Below are positions 31,886-43,186 of a stretch of 64,000 bases of DNA, in pieces. Made by a program: the position numbers and the translations under genes. Every line of letters starts with the position of its first letter. The stretch's first letter is position 1. Source of the stretch: an uncultured Gemmatimonadales bacterium (lineage in GTDB: Bacteria > Gemmatimonadota > Gemmatimonadetes > Gemmatimonadales > Gemmatimonadaceae). The stretch is taken from NCBI GenBank assembly GCA_963707505.1, contig CAVPQB010000003.1, positions 448,001-512,000 on the forward strand, in the 5' to 3' direction. The notes beneath the pieces were generated by a model. It ran no database searches. It was not told the origin of the DNA and was given only the letters and a program-made list of their open reading frames with translations.

Positions 31886-31981
31886 TTCTGAACTCTCCGT
31901 TTAGAATAGTACGGAGCATGCGAGCTCCGACCGAATTCCTGTTGAATTTCCTACGACCGTTTGACACCCTCCGGGCATCAA

Positions 31982-33053
31982 ATGGTTGCTGACGTAACGG
32001 TTGTCGGTAGAGGAATAATAGCGCTCTCGGCGGCGCTCGAGCTGGCCGACCGCGGGCTGGCTGTCCGCCTGGTTGGAACCACGCATTCCGGAAATGCCTC
32101 GGCAGCCGCTGGTGGCATGTTGGCGCCGTCGATCGATAGTGAAACGGGGTCGGCGCATGATTTCGCAATCGCGTCGCGGGATTACTATCCCGGCTACGCA
32201 GCTGCCCTGGCCGAGCGGACCGGCCGTCAGATCCCGACGAACGATGCGGGGACTATAGAAGTAGCGTTCGACGAGTTGGAGGCGCGGGCTCTCCATGATT
32301 CGAACGATCGTTCGGCACGATGGGTCACGCCGGAAGAGCTGACATCGGCGGAGCCAGCCCTCGCTCCCTGCCTGGGCGGCCTACTCCATCCGGCGGACGG
32401 CGCCGTGGAGCCGTTGGCGCTGCTCGACGCACTCGGCATCGCGATCGCAGCGCACGAAGGGATCACGACCGTGCGTGAGGATTGCCGAGAGCTGCATGCG
32501 TCCGAGCTTGGCTGCAGCGTGCTTACCGACATGGAGAGCCGGTTCTCTTCCGATTACGTGGTCCTTGCAGCCGGCGCGTGGACGCCGCTGATCGCTGGAT
32601 CTGGCGATTGCGTTGCAGCGGTTCAGCCCGTACGGGGACAGATGCTGGCTTTCGAGAGCCAACGCGGTTCGCCATGTGATCTGCGGTGCCGGCGGATATC
32701 TGATTCCACGGAGCGGAGGGATTACCGTCGCGGGCGGCACCATGGAGCACGCTGGTTTCGAGGTCGAAACGACTGCAGACGGAATCGAATCGATCCGCTC
32801 GCGCGCGGTGGCGCTCTGCCCTGCGCTTGCCCGAGTGCCGATTCATTCCAGTTGGGCGGGGCTTCGCCCGATCACCCCGGACTTGTTGCCGATCATCGGC
32901 GCAGACCCCGAGAGGCCGCGCGTGATCTACGCATGCGGTCATTCGCGCAACGGAATCCTGCTCGCACCACTCACCGCGCAGGTCGTCGCCGATCTGGTGA
33001 CGGGCGTGGAACAACACTACGACCTGAGTCGATTTCGGCCCGGGCGGCATTAG
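31982..33053 (+). CDS. thiO: Glycine oxidase ThiO / D-amino acid oxidase family (frameshift near 32660)
   Basis: VVGRGIIA FAD loop, ASAAAGGMLAP, AAGAW, PVRGQM, YLIPR, WAGLRP, GHSRNGILLAP. Confidence 0.85.
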
Positions 33054-33070
33054 GCTAGATTTGACACTCT

Positions 33071-33982
33071 ATGGCTGAGCTGCTGTACCAGATCATGGGG
33101 CGCCATCGGGCTGAACCCCTTCCTGAGCGAAAGCCGTCCTGGCTCAAGGTCAGGGCGCCCGGCGGTCCCAACTATCTGCGTCTGACGCAGATGATGCGTG
33201 AGCTGAACCTGCACACGGTGTGCGAGGAGGCTCACTGCCCCAATATCGGTGAATGCTGGGAGCATGGCACCGCGACCTTCATGATCCTGGGCGACGTCTG
33301 TACCCGCAATTGCGCGTACTGCGCCGTCGCTCACGGTCGTCCCCCGTCCTACGACATCGCGGAGCCGGAGCGCGTGGGCGAGGCGGTAGCCGAGCTCGGA
33401 CTGCGGCACGCGGTGATCACTTCGGTGGACCGCGATGACCTGCCGGACTTTGGCGCCTACATTTTTGCCGAAACCATTCGGCAGATCAAGCAGCGCCTCC
33501 CGGACTGTTCTGTGGAGGTGCTGGTACCCGACTTTCAGGGCAACCGGGACAGCATTGCGACGGTGCTTGCGGCCAACCCGGACATCTACAACCACAACAC
33601 CGAGACGGTGCCGCGGTTGTACAAGAAGTGCCGTCCCGGCGGCCGTTATCCGCGCGTCATGGAGATTTTCCGCACCGCCAAGGAGCTGGCGCCGGACATT
33701 CCCACCAAGACGGGGCTGATTCTCGGAATGGGCGAGACGCTGGAGGAAGTGGAGCTGGTCATGCGCGATCTGCGAGAGGCGGACGTGGACATTCTCACGC
33801 TGGGCCAGTACCTGCGTCCGTCCGACAGCCACATTCCGCTCGATCGTTACGTCACACCGGCTGAGTTCCGACAGTTGTACGAAATCGGCATGTCGATGGG
33901 CTTCAGACATGTCGAGTCAGGCCCCCTTGTGCGCAGCAGCTACCACGCCTGGGAACAGGTTCAGGCGGCTGGAGTCAACTGA
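33071..33982 (+). CDS. lipA: Lipoyl synthase
   Basis: CEEAHCPNIGEC, CTRNCAYC, NHNTETV, VRSSY. Confidence 0.98.
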   Translation: MAELLYQIMGRHRAEPLPERKPSWLKVRAPGGPNYLRLTQMMRELNLHTVCEEAHCPNIGECWEHGTATFMILGDVCTRNCAYCAVAHGRPPSYDIAEPERVGEAVAELGLRHAVITSVDRDDLPDFGAYIFAETIRQIKQRLPDCSVEVLVPDFQGNRDSIATVLAANPDIYNHNTETVPRLYKKCRPGGRYPRVMEIFRTAKELAPDIPTKTGLILGMGETLEEVELVMRDLREADVDILTLGQYLRPSDSHIPLDRYVTPAEFRQLYEIGMSMGFRHVESGPLVRSSYHAWEQVQAAGVN

Positions 33983-34140
33983 GCTGCGACCACACCCGTT
34001 TGACGCTTCACATCCGCTTCGCGCTTCACACCCGCCCCGCGCATCAAATGCACGAACACGCGCGGCACGACAACTGAGGAGCTCCGCGATCCAGTACACC
34101 GCGATCACAGCTTCCAGTACCACCTGCACGTATACATGTC

Positions 34141-35192
34141 ATGGCTAAGAAAAACACATCTTCTCCGGCAGCCGCGAACGCTCGCGAGGTAGCCGTCGGC
34201 TATCTGCACTCGATGGTCATGCAGCGCCGCTTCGAGGAAAAATGCGCGGAAGCCTACGCGATCGGAAAGATCGGCGGCTTCTGTCACCTATATATCGGGC
34301 AGGAAGCGGTTTCTACTGGCACGATGGCGGCGCTTCGACCAGATGACTACGTGATCACGGCATACCGCGATCACGGACTTGCGCTGGCTCGCGGAATGTC
34401 GCCTGAGGAGGTCATGGCTGAGCTGTTCGGTCGTGCGGCAGGCTGCTCCGGCGGCAAGGGCGGTTCGATGCACCTCTTCGACAAGAAGCTGAATTTTCTT
34501 GGCGGGCATGGAATCGTGGGCGGCCACATTCCGATCGCTGCTGGCGTATCGTTCGCGATCTCGTATCGCGGCGGCGATCAGGTTTGCGTCTGCTTCTTTG
34601 GTGAGGCGGCGGTCAACATCGGCGCTTTTCACGAGGCATTGAACATGGCGTCGCTGTGGAATCTGCCGGTCGTGTTCATCATCGAGAACAATCGCTACGG
34701 AATGGGAACGGCGATCAGCCGCTCAACTGCACAGCAGGATGTAGCGAAGCGCGCCGAAGTCATACGCGATGATCGGAACGTCGGTCGACGGTCAGGACGT
34801 CTTCGCGGTGCGCAAGGAGATGGACACGGCGATCGAGCGTGCGCGCAAGGAGCAGCGCCCGACGCTGGTCGAGGTCCGCACCACGCGCTTCATGGGCCAT
34901 TCGATGTCTGACGCCGCGAGCGGAACCTACCGCTCCAAGGAAGAGCTGGACCAGAGCATGCAGCGCGATCCGATCGTGTTGCTCAAGACGAAGATGCTGA
35001 GTGACGGAATGATCACGGAAGACGACTACAAGAAGATGGATGACGAGGCCAAGGCGGCGGCACAGGCGGCCTGGGATTTCGCCGATGCAGTCTCCGGAGC
35101 CGTCTCCGGAAGAGCTGTTCACTCATGTGCTGAGCGACGAATCGACAGTTGGTGCTGCAAACGACGCCGAGCTCGCGGAGGTCGGACGATGA
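34141..35192 (+). CDS. pdhA: Pyruvate dehydrogenase E1 alpha (frameshifts near 34760 and 35090)
   Basis: GFCHLYIGQEA, YRDH, GKGGSMH, FGEAA...ENNRY, RFMGHSMSD. Corrected end SPEPSPEELFTHV...EVGR-TGA overlaps the pdhB ATG. Confidence 0.93.
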
Positions 35193-36177
35193 CCGTCATG
35201 ACATATCGCGACGCGCTCAACCAGGCGTTGCGCGAAGAGTTGAACCGCGACGAGTCGGTGTTCCTGATGGGCGAGGAGGTCGCCGAATACAATGGCGCGT
35301 ACAAGGTCTCGCGCGGCCTGCTGGATGAATTCGGTCCCAAGCGGATCGTCGACACGCCCATTACCGAGCTCGGATTCGCCGGCGTAGGCGTCGGTGCAGC
35401 GATGGCAGGTCTCAGACCGATCATCGAGTTCATGACGTGGAACTTTGCGCTTCTTGCGCTGGACCAGGTAGTGAACGCAGCCGCCAAGATGCTGTACATG
35501 TCGAACGGACAGTACAAGATGCCGATGGTCTTCCGCGGACCGAATGGCGCAGCACTGCAGTTGGCGGCGCAGCACTCGCAGGCGTGGGAGAGCTGGCTGG
35601 CACATATCCCGGGTCTCAAGGTCGTAGCACCTGGAACGCCAGCCGACGCGAAGGGATTGCTCAAGGCTGCGATCCGCGACGACAATCCCGTCGTCGTCCT
35701 CGAGGGCGAGATGCTCTACAACACCAAGGGCGAGGTCGATGAGAATCCGGACATCGTCATTCCACTCGGCAAGGCGGAGCTCAAGCGTGAAGGCGAGCAC
35801 TGCTCGATCATCACGTCGGGAAAGATGGTGCTCGTCGCACTGCAGGCTGCGGATCAGCTCGCGAAGCAGGGCGTGAACGTGGACGTACTGGATCTGCGCA
35901 CCATACGACCGATGGATGTCGAGGCGATCGCAACCTCGGTCGACAGAAGACGAATCGCGCGGTAGTCGTCGAGGAAGGTTGGGAACTCTGTGGCATCGGC
36001 GCGCAGGTTGTGGACTACATCCAGCGCGAATGTTTCGACGACCTCGACGCACCGGTGGTCCGCGTGCATCAGGCGGACGTACCGATGCCGTACGCCAAGA
36101 ATCTGGAAAAGCTCGCGAAGCCTGATGCTGCAAAGACCATCGCGGCGGTGAAGCGCGTCATGTACCTGGAGGACTGA
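35189..36177 (+). CDS. pdhB: Pyruvate dehydrogenase E1 beta (frameshift near 35945)
   Basis: TYRDALNQA, DTPITELGF, EFMTWNF, AAQHSQ; C-terminus VVVEEGW...VPMPYAKNLE in the next frame. Confidence 0.94.
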
Positions 36178-36182
36178 CGATC

Positions 36183-37538
36183 ATGGCGACAAAAGTTCTG
36201 ATGGAAGCGCTGTCACCCACGATGGAAGAAGGACGCCTCGTGAAGTGGCTGAAGAACGAAGGCGACCAGATAAAGAGCGGCGACGTTCTCGCGGAAGTCG
36301 AGACGGACAAGGCGGTGATGGAGCTGGTTGCACGTGGTGAGGGTGTGCTACGAAAGCGACTTTCCAGCGAGGGTGACTCTTCCGCCGTCGGAACGCTGCT
36401 CGGCGTAATCGCGGCGCCGGACGAAGACATCTCCGCGTTGGTCAAGAGCGCTGGACCGACACCGGTTCCATCCGACAACACGCAGCAGCCGCTGGGCAAG
36501 CCAGCGGATGCGGGCGACGTGATCGCGAAGGCCAAGGAGTTCGAGGGAGTCACGTCGATTCCGACGGCTCGCGCGTCAATCGCAGGGCGAGGCTTCGACG
36601 CCTCCGCAGGAACAGGAACGCCGCGGACATCAGCGCATCGACACCACCGCGCACCATGCGGAGGGTAACGGCGCCGCTACGACGTCGGGCAGACCGCGCT
36701 CATCGCCACTCGCACGTCGTCTCGCGGCGGAGCGTGGTGTGGATCTCAACGCGCTGCGCGGATCAGGCCCCGGCGGCCGCATCGTCAAGCGCGACATCGA
36801 GCAGGCTCCCGCTACCGCTGCGGTTGCGACCAGCCCCACGTACTGCGCGCGTTGGCGACTATCAGGACATTCCGCTCACGCAGATGCGGAAGACGATCGC
36901 CAAGCGTCTTGGCGAATCGATTGGGCCCATTCCGACGTTCTATCTCACCGCCGAGTTCGATCTCACTCGCGTGGCTGAGCTGCGCGAGGCGATGATCGCA
37001 GAGGGCGCCGAGTACAAGGTGTCGTTCAACGACATCGTCATAAAGGCGACTGCGACGGCACTCGCGCAACATCCGGAAGTGAATGCGCACTGGACTGGCG
37101 ACGCGATCCGGCAGTTCCATCGTGTACACATCGGTATGGCTGTCGCCGTCGAGGACGGTCTGATCACGCCAGTCATCTTCGATGCAGATGAGAAGGGACT
37201 TGCGGACATCGCGGCCGAGGCACGAGAGCTGGCTGGACGTGCGCGCGCGGCGGAGACTCAAGCCCGAGGAATACACGGGCTCGACGTTCTCGGTCTCGAA
37301 TCTCGGAATGTTCGGGATCGATCAGTTCACGGCGATAATCAATCCACCGGAAGCAGGCATACTCGCGATCGGCGCGGTTGAAGAGAAGCCGGTCGTGGTC
37401 GATGGCGACCTGGTGATTCGGAAGCGGCTGCGCGTAACGATGAGCTGCGACCACCGCGTGATCGACGGAGCGACGGGCGCGAGGTTCCTCCAGACGTTGC
37501 GTCGGTTGATCGAGAACCCGTTGATGCTGGTGTTCTGA
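36183..37538 (+). CDS. pdhC: Dihydrolipoamide acetyltransferase E2 (several frameshifts)
   Basis: Lipoyl site VETDKA, E3-binding SPLARRLA...[12 protein letters not shown], catalytic DHRVIDGA. Confidence 0.94.
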
Positions 37539-37545
37539 TGAGTAT

Positions 37546-37609
37546 CGTCATCCCCGTGAAAGCGGGGATCCAGGTTCAGTCGTCATTCCCGCTTTCGCGG
37601 GAATGACGA
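37546..37609. repeat. REP-like inverted doublet
   Basis: CGTCATCCCCGTGAAAGCGGGGATCCAG (37546-37573) followed by inverted TCGTCATTCCCGCTTTCGCGGGAATGACGA (37580-37609). Confidence 0.85.
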
Positions 37610-37679
37610 GGTGGGACGCTTGAATGACGACAGGCGCAGATGTATTCGCGCCCTACATGACCTTTTCTGAAAATATGCC

Positions 37680-39088
37680 ATGGCTTCATATGATGTGATC
37701 TTCATCGGTGGCGGACCGGCCGGATACGTCGGCGCAATCCGCGCCGCGCAGCTCGGTCTCTCCGTTGCAGTCGTCGAGCGCGAAGGGCTCGGCGGCACCT
37801 GCGTCTTGTGGGGCTGCATTCCCGCCAAGGCACTGCTGGAATCCGCGTCGATCGCCGAGAAGGTGAAGAAGGGCGCGGAATTCGGGGTCAGCGCGGGTGA
37901 GGTGAAGCTCGATTACGGCGTTGCGATGAAGCGCTCGCGCGGAGTGAGCAACCAGAACTCGAAGGGCGTGGAGTTCCTGTTCAAGAAGAACAAGATCACC
38001 TGGATCAAGGGCAACGGACGCATCACCGCGAAGAACACCGTTACGGTGAAATCGGCGGATGGCAAGGAAGAAAAGCACGACGCAAAAAAGGCAATCTGTG
38101 TCTGCACTGGCTCACGAGTGAAGGGCCTGCCGCAAGCTGGGCTCGAGCTGAACAAGACGAGCGTGATTTCGTCCGATGAAGCGCTCACCCTCGAGAAGGC
38201 GCCGAAGACGATGGCGATCATCGGCGCCGGCGCCGTCGGCTGCGAGTTCGCAGACGTGTTCGCGGCGTTCGGAACGCAGGTCACGATCGTAGAAGTCGCG
38301 AAGCAGCTTCTGCCGATCGAGGATGACGACGTGGGCGTCGAGCTCGCCAAGGCGTTCAAGAAGCGCGGAATCACGATGCTCACGAGTGCAAAGATCGGCG
38401 ACGTGAAGGTCGGCAAGAACTTCCGTCAAGTTCAGCGTCGATATCGCCGGAAAGAAACAGGACGTCGAAGTCGAGAAGGTTCTGGTCGCTGCCGGCCGCG
38501 CACCGAACATCGAGGACATCGGTATCAAGGAACTCGGCGTTGCGATGACAGATCGCGGCTTCATCAAGATCAACGAGCGGATGGAAACGTCGGTCAAGGG
38601 AATCTTCGCAATCGGCGACGTCGCCGGTCCACCGATGCTTGCGCACAAGGGCGAGCGCGAAGGGATTGTATTCGCAGAGTATCTCGCGGGACAGCCACAC
38701 GTGCACAACGTGAACTACGGCAACATCCCCAACGCAACATACTGCCATCCCGAAGTCGCGTCGATCGGCATGACAGAGCGTGAGTTGAAGGAAAAGAAGG
38801 TACCGTACAAGATTGGACGATTCCCCTTCTCCGCCAACGGCCGCGCGCGCACGTCAGGCGAGACGGACGGCTTCGTCAAGATCATTTCCGATCCCAAGTA
38901 CGGCGAGATACTCGGCGCGCACATCATCGGTGCGCACGCAACCGAGATCATTCACGAGCTGGCAGTGGCCCGCGAGAACGAGTTCACAGTCGAGGAAGTG
39001 GAGCTGGCGATTCACGCGCATCCGACACTGTCGGAAGCGATAGCGGAAGCGACGCTCGACACGCTCGGGAAGAATGATCAATTTCTAA
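37680..39088 (+). CDS. lpdA: Dihydrolipoamide dehydrogenase E3 (frameshifts near 38420 and 39073)
   Basis: GGGPAG, GGTCVLWGCIP, GAGAVGCE, AIGDV, HAHPTLSE. Corrected end GKMINF-TAA at 39086-39088. Confidence 0.95.
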
Positions 39089-39090
39089 TC

Positions 39091-39762
39091 ATGGCTGACA
39101 GGGAGTTGCTGGTGCTGAACCTCGGCGAACGGTCGTACGCCGAGGTTCTTGCGTTTCAGCGAGACGCGGCCGCGCGGAGGATAACGGGAGAGATCGATCA
39201 GGATCTGTTGATACTGGTTGAGCATCCTCCCGTAGTGACGCTCGGCCGCAAGAAGGCAGACAACAAGCTGCCGGTCACGGAGGATTTTCTACGGTCGCGC
39301 GGAATCGAGCTGTTCGAAGTCGAGCGTGGCGGCGGCGTGACGTTTCATGGGCCGGGTCAACTGGTTGGTTATCCGATCTTCGATCTCCAGCGCCACAAGC
39401 TCGATCTTCACTGGTACCTGCGTCAGGTCGAGGAAGGACTGATCCGTACGCTCGGCGCATATGGCATTCCAGGCGAGCGCAGCATCGGATTCACCGGCGT
39501 GTGGACCGACGGGAAGAAGATCGCGTCTATCGGCGTGCATGCGCGGACATGGGTGACGTGGCACGGCTTCGCGTTGAACGTCACGACCGATCTGTCGTAC
39601 TTCAATCTGATGACACCGTGCGGGATCGATGGCGTGGTGATGACGTCGATGAGCCGCGAGCAGCCGGGGAGGCCAATGACACTGGAAGCCGTCGCAGAGG
39701 AAGCCGCGCGGCAGTTTGGGGAGTTGTTCGAATTGACGCCGAGGGTTGTGGAAACGGTGTGA
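39091..39762 (+). CDS. lipB: Octanoyltransferase
   Basis: VEHPPVVTLG, RGGGVTFHGPGQLVGYP, KIASIG, HGFALNV, PCG. Confidence 0.96.
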   Translation: MADRELLVLNLGERSYAEVLAFQRDAAARRITGEIDQDLLILVEHPPVVTLGRKKADNKLPVTEDFLRSRGIELFEVERGGGVTFHGPGQLVGYPIFDLQRHKLDLHWYLRQVEEGLIRTLGAYGIPGERSIGFTGVWTDGKKIASIGVHARTWVTWHGFALNVTTDLSYFNLMTPCGIDGVVMTSMSREQPGRPMTLEAVAEEAARQFGELFELTPRVVETV

Positions 39763-39802
39763 TGGCGGCGACGTCATCGGCGCGCGTCGTCCCGTTGAAC
39801 GT

Positions 39803-40006
39803 CGTCATCCCCGCGAAAGCGGGGAACCATGGTGGAGGACATGATGACGTTGTCCAAGTTCGCAGGTGTCGTCGAGATAGGACAATGACCGTAGATCGGC
39901 CGTTCATCCACAGACGGCGACTCCTGCAAACGTGGATGCTATACCGGCTACCTCGTCCATTGGCCCCCGCTTTCGCGGGGGTGACGGTTTGTCGCGGGGG
40001 TGACGG
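39803..40006. repeat. REPIN/MITE-like element: inverted REP copies around an ~130-bp spacer, plus a partial third copy
   Basis: CGTCATCCCCGCGAAAGCGGGGAACCA (39803-39829); inverted TGGCCCCCGCTTTCGCGGGGGTGACG (39961-39986); then TCGCGGGGGTGACGG. Confidence 0.8.
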
Positions 40007-40027
40007 ACCTTCGGGTATATTTCGGGT

Positions 40028-42121
40028 ATGACGGACGACGGCCGCACTGTGATTCCGCTCCGCGAGCGCGTCGTTTCGCCGGCCGCCATCGGTCGCGACT
40101 TCTCGGCGGAGCTGAACCCTGACCAGCTCGCGGCGGCGACGCATGCGGATGGTCCGCTACTGATCGTCGCTGGCGCTGGCAGCGGCAAGACTCGCACCCT
40201 TGTGTATCGCGTGGCGCATCTCGTGGATCGCGGTGTCCGACCCGAGCGGATTCTCCTGCTGACGTTCACCAGACGCGCCGCTCACGAAATGCTGTCGCGC
40301 GCAGAGCGGCTCATCGGGAGCGCCAGCCGGAACGTGCATGGCGGGACGTTCCACGCGACCGCGCATCGCCTGCTGCGACGCTTCGGGCCCGCTGCCGGAC
40401 TGCCGAGGGACTTCAGCATCATGGATCAGGGCGACTCGGCCGATCTGATGCAGATCTCTCGCGCGGCGCTCGGCCTCGGCGCCGGCGCGAAGCGGTTTCC
40501 GAAGAAAGAGACACTGCACCACGTGTACTCGCGCCATGTGAATACCGGCGTTGCGATGGAAGACATCGTGCGCGACGAATATCCGCGCTTCATCGAGTAC
40601 ATCCCCGATTTCACGAGACTGTACGCCGATTACACCCTGCGCAAACAGGAACGAAATCTCGTCGACTACGACGATCTTCTGCTGCTGTGGGCGATGTTGC
40701 TGGAGGCGAGTCCCGAGATCGCGAGCGACATTGCCGGACTTTATGATCACATCCTGGTGGACGAGTACCAGGATACCAACGCACTTCAGGCGCGGATACT
40801 CCGCGGGATGGCGCGCGCGCATTCGAACGTCACGGTGGTCGGCGACGACGCGCAGAGCATCTACTCCTTTCGCGGCGCCACGATACGCAACATCCTGGAC
40901 TTCCCTGCCCAGTTTCCTGGAACGCGCGTCGTGACGCTGGATCGCAATTACAGATCGACACCACAGATCCTCGGCACCAGCAACACTCTCATTGCACATG
41001 CCGGTGAGCGATTCGCGAAGACTCTCTGGACGGATCGCGCGGCCGCCGAGCGGCCGTTGCTCGTGACAGCGCGCGACGAGCCGCAACAGACCCGGTACGT
41101 GGTCGACCGGCTTCTCGAGCTGCACGAGGAAGGCATCGCGCTTCGCAACATTGCCGTGCTGTTTCGCGCCGGATACATGTCCGCGGATCTCGAGATCGAG
41201 CTGGCCAACAGGAAGATCCCTTTCGAAAAGTGGGGCGGCATCAAGTTCCTGGAAGCCGCGCACGTGAAGGACGTGCTGGCCTTCCTGCGCGTACTGGAGA
41301 ACCCGCGCGACGAGGTGAGCTGGTATCGGCTGCTATTGCTGCTTCCGGGGATCGGCGAGGCGACCGCGCGCGCCGCAATGGAGGCGCTGGCCGCGGCTGC
41401 GTGGGATTCAGCCGCATTCGGTGGTTTCGTGCCGCCTCCGCGTGCGCGCGCGGCGCATGCGTCACTTGTTTCGTTGCTCGGGACGTTGCGATCAGCGCCC
41501 GAGGCGGACGAAGCTCGCGTCGCGCGCGAGATCGGGCATGTACGTACGATGTACGACGCGATAGTGCGCGACAGATATGACCGTCCGGAGCCGCGCCTTG
41601 CGGATCTGGATCAGCTGCAGACTATTGCAGCTGGTTTTCCCGATCGCACGACGTTTCTCTCGGCGCTGGCACTGGAGCCGCCGAGTGCGACGCAGGATTT
41701 CGCCGGCGTCGCAGCCGACAGCGAGGACGATGCGCTGGTGTTGAGCACCGTCCACTCGGCGAAAGGCAAGGAGTGGGCTGCTGTGTTCGTGATATCCGCA
41801 GTCGATGGGCTGTTCCCGTCGACACGATCGCTCGGCAGCGACGAGGACACCGAGGAGGAGCGGCGGCTGATGTATGTCGCGATGACGCGGGCAAGAGATC
41901 ATTTGAGTGTTGTGCATCCGCTCAACTCGTATGGCAGCCAGCGCGGAGCGGATTACTCGCTGACGCAGCTGTCACGGTTCGTGGATCCGGAGGTTCGCGC
42001 AACGATGCATCACGTGGCGCTGGGGTCGGATGACAGGGTGGCGGAGCCCGTATCGGTGGAGCAGCGAGGGCCCGTGGTGGATCTGAGAGCGTTGTTGCGG
42101 GGGCGATTTGGCGCTACGTAG
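40028..42121 (+). CDS. UvrD/Rep/PcrA-family SF1A DNA helicase
   Basis: AGAGSGKT, TFTRRAA, VDEYQD, GDDAQSIYSFRGA, NYRS, STVHSAKGKEW, EERRLMYVAMTRA. Confidence 0.96.
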   Translation: MTDDGRTVIPLRERVVSPAAIGRDFSAELNPDQLAAATHADGPLLIVAGAGSGKTRTLVYRVAHLVDRGVRPERILLLTFTRRAAHEMLSRAERLIGSASRNVHGGTFHATAHRLLRRFGPAAGLPRDFSIMDQGDSADLMQISRAALGLGAGAKRFPKKETLHHVYSRHVNTGVAMEDIVRDEYPRFIEYIPDFTRLYADYTLRKQERNLVDYDDLLLLWAMLLEASPEIASDIAGLYDHILVDEYQDTNALQARILRGMARAHSNVTVVGDDAQSIYSFRGATIRNILDFPAQFPGTRVVTLDRNYRSTPQILGTSNTLIAHAGERFAKTLWTDRAAAERPLLVTARDEPQQTRYVVDRLLELHEEGIALRNIAVLFRAGYMSADLEIELANRKIPFEKWGGIKFLEAAHVKDVLAFLRVLENPRDEVSWYRLLLLLPGIGEATARAAMEALAAAAWDSAAFGGFVPPPRARAAHASLVSLLGTLRSAPEADEARVAREIGHVRTMYDAIVRDRYDRPEPRLADLDQLQTIAAGFPDRTTFLSALALEPPSATQDFAGVAADSEDDALVLSTVHSAKGKEWAAVFVISAVDGLFPSTRSLGSDEDTEEERRLMYVAMTRARDHLSVVHPLNSYGSQRGADYSLTQLSRFVDPEVRATMHHVALGSDDRVAEPVSVEQRGPVVDLRALLRGRFGAT

Positions 42122-42163
42122 GCGGCTGACGGGAGATTGCTTCCCATGCGTGGAGCTTACTAC

Positions 42164-42197
42164 AAACCCCCGTTGCTCGATCGAGCAACGGGGGTTT
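42164..42197. terminator. Bidirectional intrinsic terminator
   Basis: Perfect 34-bp palindrome AAACCCCCGTTGCTCGA/TCGAGCAACGGGGGTTT between convergent genes, with T-tracts on both strands. Confidence 0.85.
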
Positions 42198-42222
42198 TCT
42201 GAATGCGCGCGTTAGAGAGTTC

Positions 42223-43155
42223 TCACTGACCGAGAATCTTGTCGTTCGGATTTTTGTCGACCAGGGGCACAACTGCGCCAGTTGTGCTGGCCTTCACGAC
42301 TGTCTTGACACCGGCCGCTGCGCACTTCGGATCTGAGCCGGAGCTGGTAAGTGTGTATGAAACGATTGGTGGCGTCAGCACCGCTGTGATGGCGGATCCT
42401 GCTTGCTGGGAACCACCAATCGGATCCAGCGGCGGCACCGACGATGATCCTGCGAACGCTGCGGCGCCTACCGGGAGCAGTCCATCGGCGAGGACAGGCG
42501 TGGTCGTACCGGCCGTTGTAGCAGCTACCCTGTACGACGCTGAGTCGTGCGCTGCAGCCGTTGGCACCGACTGGTAGGCTGACGTCGCTCCGAACGCGAC
42601 GTTCGCAAATGTTGCTGCGCCGCTGACCGAGCCACCAGTGGCGATACCTGGTGAGGTGAAGACATCCGCCTTACCCACGGTACCAAGCGCATTCATCACA
42701 CGCAAAGAGAACGTACCTGCAGCTGCAGACGGAAACACGTCGTCGCTGATAATGAGTTGCTGATGCGGCGTTGCGCCAGACTTCATGTACCCGGCGTGGA
42801 CAACGGTGTAGTAGTGATTTGCCGCAAACGTAAAGGTGGTATCCAGTAGCACCTGACTCACGACAGCATCGCTATTGCAGGCTGCGGTGGTCGATGCCGG
42901 AAACACGCGAATGCGGTGTTGGCCGGGCGGAAGCGCTCTGTACGCGCCGCTGGTGCCGCGGTACTTGACACTCGCTTCATTCGCGTTCGTAACGATGTCA
43001 ACGATACGATAGTCCATGTCCATAGTGTCTGGAACAGCGTTCACCCACCGGATCGCTGCGTGTGGATCCGGTGTCACGACCGTTGCGACACTATCGCCGG
43101 AGCACCCCGCGAACAGCGCCAATGCCGTTACGGGGAGCAGACGGTAAACTTTCAT
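42223..43155 (-). CDS. DUF4397-like lipoprotein
   Basis: Lipobox FAGC; two similar beta-sandwich units (AIRWVNAVPD..MD; SLRVMNALG..ADV...FANVAFG..SAY). Confidence 0.78.
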   Translation of the reverse strand: MKVYRLLPVTALALFAGCSGDSVATVVTPDPHAAIRWVNAVPDTMDMDYRIVDIVTNANEASVKYRGTSGAYRALPPGQHRIRVFPASTTAACNSDAVVSQVLLDTTFTFAANHYYTVVHAGYMKSGATPHQQLIISDDVFPSAAAGTFSLRVMNALGTVGKADVFTSPGIATGGSVSGAATFANVAFGATSAYQSVPTAAAHDSASYRVAATTAGTTTPVLADGLLPVGAAAFAGSSSVPPLDPIGGSQQAGSAITAVLTPPIVSYTLTSSGSDPKCAAAGVKTVVKASTTGAVVPLVDKNPNDKILGQ

Positions 43156-43186
43156 TGATGTTTCCTCTCCAAGGGTGAGCAGGATG

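Noticed and set aside
31886..31981. TPP riboswitch upstream of thiO
   Set aside because: The gap is under 100 bp, shared with a divergent gene, and lacks the CTGAGA core.
33983..34140. Short direct repeats (CGCTTCACA, CCGCGATC, CCAGTAC) before pdhA
   Set aside because: Only two copies each in C-rich low-complexity spacer; no convincing structure or ORF.
34769..35965. Apparent PdhA-PdhB fusion
   Set aside because: An indel near 35090; the corrected pdhA ends with TGA overlapping the pdhB ATG (ATGA at 35189-35192).
37546..37609. Palindromic repeats as a CRISPR array
   Set aside because: Copies are inverted pairs at dispersed sites, not regularly spaced direct repeats, and there are no cas genes.
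38545..39762. Apparent LpdA-LipB fusion ORF
   Set aside because: One extra base near 39073 bypasses the natural lpdA stop (TAA 39086-39088); lipB has its own ATG at 39091.
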